64,000 nucleotides of DNA, taken from assembly GCA_965235115.1 (NCBI GenBank), contig OZ249436.1, positions 23,872,001 to 23,936,000 on the forward strand. Direction: 5' to 3'. The stretch is from Laetmonice hystrix (taxonomy: Eukaryota). Each line of letters starts with the position of its first letter. Position 1 is the stretch's first letter. The translations under genes and the position numbers were made by a program. Positions 52,554 through 61,959 of this stretch are shown one piece after another. Below the pieces are notes generated by a model. It did no database searches. It saw nothing but the letters and a program-made list of their open reading frames with translations, and was not told the DNA's origin.

Positions 52554-54565
52554 TTCAGATTTGGAGATCAAGAACATGTCATAGTGTTCACATATAGCAA
52601 ACTGGAACACTGGGAGGGGAAATCGCAAACTGGGATATCTCGGGGGCAAACTGGGGCTATAATAGTGTTATGTCATTTAACCTAAATTTCATATACATAC
52701 ACAGATCGCAATGTAGAAAACAGTTAAAATATCTCCTGTCTTCTTCCTCATTTTTTGAAGAATCTTCTCCACATTTGGTATACCTATTTTAGAGTGGGGT
52801 TCTTCAATTGGTGACAGTCTTTAAGCCATATGATTTAACATGGCTGAGTCATGTGAATTTTAAATTTGTCTATTTTGCATCTAATCAGGAAGCAGATTAA
52901 ATCTCAGTGACAATTATGGCATAATTCTCTTCGATTAGGCGTCTTTTCTTACCCTGCAATGACATACCGGTAGCCCCTGTATGACATATACTAGTACTAA
53001 GTATGACGTAGTTCATTGCTGCAATGGTCCTTCATTTACAGCAAGATTCTAGGAAATCTTTGTGTGCACAGATGGCTTAGTGGTAATCTTTCTCTTAGTA
53101 CCCTACGTTCATTACTGGTATGGTTGACTTTCTTTCATGCCTTACACAGCCTTTCTAGATACATCCATAGAGGAACGGGATACCTGATTGCCTGCAATCT
53201 GGAGGTCTAGTTATTATTATTATTATCCCATTCCCCCGGAGGGGAATGGGATATTGAAATTGTCGATGTTAGTGTACACTATTATTATTATACTTCATTA
53301 TTGTTGTAGTTAGACAATGCCTGTATCTCACTCATTTTTCAATGGATCTTAATGAAACTTGGGCTGATGGTTGATTATGGGACAAATTACTTATATTATT
53401 ATGCATGACGTCATATGACGTCATATGACGTCACATCATGGAGTTATAACTTCACAGGCAACAACCTTATTGTAGAGCCCCAGGAGCAGCTAGACAAAAT
53501 GTATTCATTTCAGGGACCTTGGTTCGTAATGCAGAATCATTTTTTTTATCAGTTTGGTCTCTGACCTTTGACCCTTCCGAGATCTAGGTCACGGGTCAAA
53601 ATGTGACCAAATCGCTACTTCTCCCTGAATTTTTAACGAACTGAGCCCAAATTGGCTACAGCACATCTCCATTGGGGTGTTCAACTGAGAACTTCATGGT
53701 TACGCGCTGTGCCCTATTTTGACCTAGAGACGTGACCTTAAACTTTGGAAATTATGTCATTTGGAAGAGTCCTGGCTGTAACTCTCGAAATATTTAAAAA
53801 AGAATCATAATTCTTCTTGATCCTGATAAAAGGTTATGTTCTCTTTAATTAGGTACGAATTTCTATTAATCACGTGACTTGTGACGTCATCTATGACGTC
53901 ATCTTTGACATCATCTATTCCTAACGTTGTGGGACTTCTCAACTACAGGCGATAAGCTCACAGCCTTAAATATTTACAGGGTTGGGGTCTTCAAACTGTC
54001 TACTTTAACATGCTATAAATTTCAATTAGCAAAATATATAATTAACAACACGGAGATCAATTATGTAAGTTAAGGTCGTGAAGAGAGACAGCGAATTTGG
54101 CCACTGATCGAGTGACCTAGAAACCTGGTTAGTGAGTGACGTCAGCTTGTCGCTCAGTCTCTGCATGGAGAGGTTGACAGCACACACTGTTACTAACCAC
54201 CTCTGTAGTAAAGAAGTATCGATTATTTCTGTCTGAAACGGGAGGAGTACTTCAGAGACATATTTAGCTCAATGCAAGACTATTTTGAAGAGATAGTCGT
54301 CTTGTAATAGAGGCGAGATGAACTCGGAAGCAATGACAAATCTCAGTTAAAAATCCAATGGCGTTCTCCATAGAGAAGTCCACACTGCAGACAGTGACGC
54401 ATATTTAATATTTAAAAGTAGACTACTGTATATTTTCGGTATGGAACGTGAAATACAGCTGTAAAACATGTATAGCTGAAATACTGGCAATTGTCAAGGC
54501 GAGAAACATAATATTTTTCTAATTTAGTGGCCGAAAAAAATCAAAAACGGAAAAAAAATTATAAT

Positions 54566-54632
54566 GACTTGGCCTGGGTTTGAACCCGGGACCTGTCAGC
54601 TACGAAGCACTGGTGCTGCCATCGTGCTATGA
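54566..54632 (-). other. tRNA-derived cassette (antisense to the element)
   Basis: Minus strand TAGCACGATGG ... GGTCCCGGGTTCAAACCC followed by a T-run. Confidence 0.55.
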
Positions 54633-55894
54633 TATTTTACATGCTTTATTTGCATTGAATTCGTACCAATGCCTGGCTTGGTAGGTAGCAGGGGTAACTT
54701 CAAAAATATTTAATCTTTTGCTTTGAAAGCCTATGTATGTTATATATATGTATATAAAGCATGTATAGCTCCTTGTGTGTAAAGTTTAAAGAGCTATAAT
54801 TGCGTTTTGGCTAAGTAAATAGCTAGAGAGTAGAGTTAGAAATTGCCTGTTGCCCTGACAACAAACACAGATGGATCTGCAAGCGGACAATTGGCTTGTT
54901 ACCAATACTATATATCACGACGGTGGCCACATACACCTGAAGCACTGTGGCTGAAGGTTTTTTTTTTTTTTTTTTTTTTACAGTAGGCTGTAACCAGGAC
55001 AGGGGCACAACTGCCGGGGGGACGGGGGACATGCCATCCCCCCTCCCCCCACTTTTGCTGGCGACCTAAAAAGGTCAAAGGTAGCCTGGTCCCCAGGTTT
55101 ATATTGACTACATGTATGGAGGGTATAGGCACAGTCTGTTTCAACTACTGTCAAAAGCAATGCCTTTTCGACTTGTTCATATGTAATCTCACTCGGCGCT
55201 ACCTCGACAGATGGCAGATCATGTCTCGGCCGTAAAGGTCAGGTCGCCATTTTTGAAAGTAGTCACACAACTAAACAAACCCATGTGCTTTCCACAGCTC
55301 CCATCTTGGGCTTTGTCGCTATAAAAAAAATTCTAGTGGGTGTTCACGGAATAAGGGACGGTGATCAGAGTTATGTGAAATAACGTCCTCCTGAATTTGT
55401 ATCTCGCCTAGACTGCCTCACCAGTTTCCGAGCGCTTCGCGCTAGCAGTAGATCTAGCAGCGGGGGCCGGTCTCCCCGCTGTCGGTAGCTGCCCCGGGGA
55501 GTCAGCGAGTGTTGGTGGCCGACGATGGGACGAATGGAGGCATATAAGCCATTTCCGAGTTGAGCATATTTCTCTCTGTTTTGGTTTAACTGCCGCGACT
55601 TTCCTTTGGTTATCGGACAATTTTCAAGTGCATAATGCAATTACGCTGTAGGGATTACTTGGTCAGCGCGCATTGTGCACCCCCTGCCTGCTCACTCATA
55701 TTCATTCGTGCCGCATCACAAAGTCACACAAAACTGTCCATTACACCCGAGGTGAAAATCCGAACCCACCGGAAGGTGGCGGACTTTCCCGAGGGTTCCC
55801 GAATGATGTAATCTCTGAAAGTTAAACAGGTGTTGGAACGGTCACAACATGTGGTGGCTGTTTTTTTTCTATTAAATTAAATGACAGTATGGGA

Positions 55895-56378
55895 AGTATG
55901 CTATCAAATGGTGGTCAAATTAGAAATTCGCAAATTTTGGCGGCCATCTTGAATTTTTCAGAATCAACGAAAAAAAAGTCATGTGATACCTCATTTCCAC
56001 GTAATTTTTCCTGCTGAATCCAATGGTGAAAACGCGACATTGATATCTTTAACCATATTCGAGATTTTGAGGATTTTCATTCAAAATGGGTGAAAAAAAC
56101 CCAACTTTCATGAGCCATAGCACAAAAACTATTATGGATAGGCAAACCATCTTGGAGTCAGAGACAGGATGGGTAGTATGCTATCAAATGGTGGTGAAAT
56201 TAGAAATTCGCAAATTTTGGCGACCATCTTGAATTTTTCAGAATCAACGAAAAAGGTCATGTGATACCTCATTTCCACGTAATTTTTCCTGCTGAATCCA
56301 ATGGTTAAAACGCGAAGTTGATATCTTTAACCATAGTCGAGATTTTGAGGATTTTCATTCAAAATGGCTGGAAAAAAG
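55895..56378 (+). repeat. Two ~205-bp direct repeats, period 280
   Basis: AGTATGCTATCAAATGGTGGT...TTCAAAATGG at 55895 and 56175. Confidence 0.85.
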
Positions 56379-56554
56379 TCTAGATCTCAGCTAGCCATGG
56401 CTCTTATCGATTCTGTCAACCACCATAATCAACTGTGTTTCGTTCGAGTCCCTCTGTTTGTTTTGCCCCCACTGCAGTGTTCCTAAGGGGATTTCCTCTG
56501 GCCCCAAAGATGGGGAATGGGATCCGTTGTTGCGCTGCAACAACTCGTCTCTAG

Positions 56555-57543
56555 TTATACCTGTTGTAGTTGTAGTAGTAGTTAACAATCGGTCGATTTC
56601 TCAGTTGTTTCTTAAGGTATCGTAATGAAACTTCGTGGGACTCTTGCTCATGGGCATAGCAACTCATTTTTATATGCATGACGTCATATGACGTAATGTC
56701 ATAGAGTTATGACGTAATCAAAAGTTGGGGAAAATACCTGATTTCTAGATTCCCTGGAGGAGCAGAACAAAATTTATTCATATCGTGGACCTTATCACTT
56801 AAGTGCCCATAACTTTGTTACTACATTTGACCCCTGACCTTTAACCTTCTTGAGATGTAAGTCATATGTCAAAAAGTGACAAAATTGTTTCACGCCCCAC
56901 ATTTTTGGTCAAATCGACCCTAAATTGATTTCAGGAAATCTCCATGGGGACCTTCAATGGGGTTCTTTAGGATAAAGCGCTGTGAACTATTTTAAGGGTA
57001 CCACGTGGCATTGAAGTTGGGGTCATGACCGTTTTCAGAAACAATTGGCTGTAACTTCTAAACGGTGGAAGATGGAGCCTTGGTTACTATTGAACATGAA
57101 TAGGAAATCATATATGCTCTTTATTATATAATTTTTTTAGGTCACGTGACTATTTTTAAAAATTAGGGGGGAAAAATAAAAAAAGTGAAAAACATGCCGA
57201 GTACCGGGATTGATCCCCGGACCTCTCCGATGCGAGTCGAACACTCTTGACCATCGCCACGCAATTCTGACATGTGATTACAGGATTGAACTGGTACTGA
57301 TTACTAAAGGATATTTTGTAATTGCATTCAAATAGACCAATCCAAGATTTTGTAATAGGTCAACTGTCTGTGACACCAAGATGGCTTCTCTAAAATCAAT
57401 AGTTTTCATGCTATGGAATCTGAGAAGTGGCTTGGCACGACAGTTTCCCAGTGTGCACTGCATCAGGGTTCACAACGTGTTGACAAGTGATGATAACCAG
57501 GGGGATGGGATCCCTGTATTGCTTCAGCAATCAGTGTTTCTAG
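56555..57543 (+). mobile_element. Headless Helentron body and tail, subfamily E (copy 1)
   Basis: Starts in a (GTT/GTA)n tract right after a CTAG|TT; tail GGGGGATGGGATCCCTGT-ATTGCttcaGCAAT-CAGTGTTT-CTAG|TT. Antisense tRNA-like cassette at ~57196-57267. Confidence 0.82.
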
Positions 57544-59223
57544 TTATCCCATCCCCCGTCAGGGGATGGGATCTTGAAATTGTCTGGTTTCGTCTTCCCT
57601 ATTATTATTATTCTTTGCGTTGTAGTAGTAGTAGTAGTAGTAGTAGTAAACAGTGCCTCTATCTCAGTCAGTTTTCAAGATATCTCAATCAAACTTGGCT
57701 CAGATCTTGACCATGACAAAGTCAGGTCACACAATCAATCATGACGTCACGTCACGTCACGTCATGACGTCATGACGTCAAACGTGTCTTACACATTGGG
57801 GCCATTTTTTAAAAAGTCATATTCCAAATTTTTTAAAACTCATCATGGCGTTTTAATCAGGCAAAGGTCCTGTGTCAAGTTGACCCTTCATTTGACCTTT
57901 GACCTTTGACCTTAAGGAAAACTGGCTACTGGGTCAGAATCGGGTTGAATCGCTACCCCTTCCCCATTTCTTGGAAAAATTCGACAATATCTGGCATTAC
58001 CACTCTACATCGAAAGGTTCAAAACATACAAAGAGGGATTATCGATTTGACCTATATTTACTGAACCACGTGACCTTAAAGTTTTCAACAGAGGTCAGTT
58101 TAGATATTTATGGGTATAACTTGTAAACGGTGTCAGATAGGGTCATAGTTACTATTGAACATGAATAGGAAGTCATATATGGGCTTTCATTTGACATCAT
58201 TATTTTGTAGGTCACGTGACCTATGACGTCATAACGACATCACCTACATTTTCCCAGGGCCATAACTTGTAAATGGTTTAAGATAGAGCCATAGTTACTA
58301 TTAAACACTAATAGGAAGTCATATATACTCATTCATTATAGACCTTCATTTTCCAGGTCACGTGACCTATGACGTCAGAGCAAGGTCGCCAATATGTTCT
58401 CAGGTCTATAACTTGTAAACGGTGCCAGATAGGGCCATAGTTACTATTGAACACGAATAGGAAGTCATATATGGTCTTTCATTTGACACCATTATTTTTT
58501 GGGTCACGTGACCTATGACGTCATAACGACGTCATCTATATTTTCCCAGGGCCATAACTTTTAAATGGTTGAAGATACAGCCATAGTTACTCTGAAGCAC
58601 CAATAGGAAGTCATATATGCTCTTTCATTATGCACCCATATTTTTTCAGGTCACGTGACCTATGACGTCATACCTAGGTTACCTATACTTTTCAAGGGCT
58701 AATAACTTTTAAATGGTTGAAGATAGAGCCATAGTTACTATTAAACACGAATAGGAAGTCACATATCCTCTTTCGTTATACAACTTCATTTTCCAGGTCA
58801 CGTGACCTATGACGTCATAAGAATGTCATTGGCATTTTCTCAGGGCTATAACTTGTAAATGGTTGAAGATTGAGCCATAGTTACTAGTGAACATGAATAG
58901 GAAGTCATTATGGTCTTTCATTTGGTGTCATTGTTTTGTACGTCACGTGACCTATGACGTCATAAGGAGGTCACCTATTTCCTGGGCTATAACTTGTAAA
59001 TGGTTGAAGATACAGCCATAATTACTATGACGTCCTAAGGATGTCATAAATATTCTCTCAGGGCTATAACTTGACACAACCTGGCACTTCACAAACACCA
59101 CTGCCTATCACAGATGTGTCGGGAAGTGTCTGCCTTAAACGTAACTCTACTCAAACTCAATATCAGAAGGGACATGTCACCCCGGGGATGGGATCCATCG
59201 TGGTCTCGCCACGACATGACTAG
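57544..59223 (+). mobile_element. Complete non-autonomous Helentron, subfamily A (~1.7 kb, ~6 monomers)
   Basis: Head, (TAT)n/(GTA)n, core, 146-bp array and tail are all contiguous. Confidence 0.9.
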
Positions 59224-60232
59224 TTATACCTGTTGTAGTTGTAGTAGTAGTAGTAGTACCCGTAGTAGTAGTTAACAATGATCGATTTCTCAGTTGTTTC
59301 TTAAGGTATCGTAATGAAACTTGGTGGGACTCTTGCTCATGGGCATCGCAACTCATTTTTATATGCATGACGTCATATGACGTACCGTCATAGAGTTATG
59401 ACGTAATCAAAAGTTGGGGAAAATAGCTTATTTCTAGAGTCCCTGGAGGAGCAGAACAAAATTTATTCATATCGGGGACCTTATCACTTAAGTGCCCATA
59501 ACTTTGTTACTACATTTGACCCCTGACCTTTAACCTTCTTGAGATGTAAGTCATATGTCAAAAAGTGACAAAATGGTTTCACGCCCCACATTTTTGGTCA
59601 AATCGACCCCAAATTGATTTCAGGAAATCTCCATGGAGATCTTCAATGGGCTTCTTTATGATAAAGCGCTGTGACCTATTTTAGGGGTACCACGTGGCAT
59701 TGAAGTTGGGGTCATGGCCGTTTTCCGAAACAATTGGCTGTAACTTCTAAACGGTGAAAGATGGAGCCTTGGTTACTATTGTACATGAATAGGAAGTCAC
59801 ATATGCTCTTTATTATATAATTTTTTTTAGGTCACGTGACTATTTTAAAAAATTAGGGGGGAAAAATAAAAAAGTGAAAAACATGCCGAGTACCTGGATT
59901 GATCCCAGGACCTCTCCGATTGGAGTCGAACACTCTTGACCATCGCCACGCAATTCAGACATGTGATTATAGGATTGAACTGGTACTGATTACCAAAGGA
60001 TATTTTGTAATTGCATTCAAATAGACCAATCCAAGATTTTTTAATAGGTCAACTGTATGTGACACCAAGATGGCTTCTCTAAAATCAATAGTTTTCATGT
60101 TATGGAATCTGAGAGGTGGCTTGGCACGACAGTTTCCCAGTGTGCACTGCATCAGGGTTCACAACGTGTTGACAAGTGATGATAACCAGGGGGATGGGAT
60201 CCCTGTATTGCTTCAGCAATCAGTGTTTCTAG
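59224..60232 (+). mobile_element. Headless Helentron body and tail, subfamily E (copy 2)
   Basis: Colinear with 56555-57543 (ORFs 57278/59967 and 57381/60070 are near-identical). Confidence 0.82.
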
Positions 60233-61959
60233 TTTTTTGCGTAGTAGTAGTAGTAGTCGTAAACAGTACCTCTATCTCAGTCATTTTTCAAGATATCTCA
60301 ATCAAATTTGGCAGTCAGCTTGACCATGACAAAGTCAGATCACACAATCAGTCATGACGTCACGTGACATCACGTCATGACGTCATGACGTCAAACGTGT
60401 TTGGGACATTGAAGGCCATTTTTGAAGTTCATATTTGGAATTTTCAAGATCTATCATGGCCTTATGATGAGGCAAGGGTCTAGCCTAAAAGTGACCCTTC
60501 ATTTGACCTTTGACCTTTGACCTTAGGGAGAACTGGGTCCTAGGTCACAAATCGGTTAAATCGCTACTTCTTCATCATTTATTGGTAAAATTTGGCAATA
60601 TTGGGCAGGAACACTCTCTAACAAGTGCTTTAATAGAATTATCCAGGGATACACGATTTGACCTATATTCGCGTGAATCACGTGACCTTGAAATTTTCAA
60701 AAGTGGCCAGTTTAGCTATCTATGACTACAACTTCTAAACAGTGCCAGATAGGGCCATAGTTACTATTGAACACGAATAGGAAGTCATATATGCTCTTTC
60801 ATTTGGCACCATTATTTTTCAGGTCACGTGACCTATGATGTCATAACGATGTCAGCAATATTTTCTCAGGGCTATAACTTGTAAATGGTTGAAGATAGAG
60901 CCATAGTTACTATTAAACACTAATAGGAAGTCATATATGTTCTTTCACTTGACACCATTATTTTTCAGGTCACGTGACCTATGACGTCATAATGATGTCA
61001 ACCATGTTTTCTCAGGGCCATCACTTGTAAATGGTTGAAGTTAGAGTCAAACTTACTATTTAAGATGAATAGGAAGTCATATATGCTCTTTCATGTGGCA
61101 CCATTATTATTTTAGGTCACGTGACCTGTGATGTCATAAGAATGTCATCCATATTTTCTCAGGGCTATAACTTGTAAATGGTTGAAGATAAAGCCATAGT
61201 TACTATTATACACTAATAGAAAGTCATATATCCTCTTTCACTTGACACTATTATTTTTCAGGTCACGTGACCTATGACGTCATAATGATGTTATCCATAT
61301 TTTCGCAGAGCTATCACTTGTAAATGGTTGAAGTTAGAGTCATAGTTACTATTTAAGACGAATAGGAAGTCATATATGCTCTTTTATTTCGTACCATTAT
61401 TTTTTACATCACGTGACCTATGACGTCATTAATGATGTCATCCATAATATTTTCTCAGGGCTATAACTTGTAAATGGTTGAAGTTAGAGCCATAGTTACT
61501 ATTAAACGCTAATAGGAAGTAATATGTGCTCTTTCATTTGACACTATTATTTTTCAGGTCACGTGACCTATGACGTCATAATGATGTTATCCATATTTTC
61601 TCAGGGCTATCACCTGTAAATGGTGGAAGTTACAGCCATAGTTACTATTAAACACTAATAGGAAGTCATATGCGCTCTTTCATTTGGCACCATTATTTTT
61701 CAGGTCACGTGACCTATCAGGTCATAATGACATCATCCATATTTTCTTATTTTTCTGAGGGTTATAACTTGTAAATGGTTGAAGTTAGATCTATACCTAC
61801 TATTAAACACTAACACTGACAGGAAGCAATATAATATATGCTCTTTCATTTGACACCATCATTTTGAATAGCCTTAGCTCTCTCTACTAAATCAGAACAT
61901 GGTAGACAGGACCCCCCAGGGGATGGGATCCATTGTGGTTATCACCGCAACGGGTCTAG
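60233..61959 (+). mobile_element. Headless Helentron body and tail, subfamily F
   Basis: Diverged A-like core and 146-bp array; tail CAGGGGATGGGATCCA-TTGTGGttatcaCCGCAA-CGGGT-CTAG|TT. Confidence 0.82.

Larger units (their letters stand above)
39040..53210 (+). mobile_element. Near-autonomous Helentron (Helitron2/EN-encoding), subfamily C; its 5' head is displaced or shared (nearest matching head at 37527)
   Basis: Subfamily C body at both ends, a 3' tail identical to the one at 39039, and RepHel-APE coding sequence inside. Confidence 0.88.
53223..56554 (+). mobile_element. Non-autonomous Helentron, subfamily D
   Basis: Head ATCCCATTCCCCcggaGGGGAATGGGAT; tail GGGGAATGGGATCC-GTTGTTGCgctGCAACAAC-TCGTCT-CTAG|TT. 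Confidence 0.85.
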
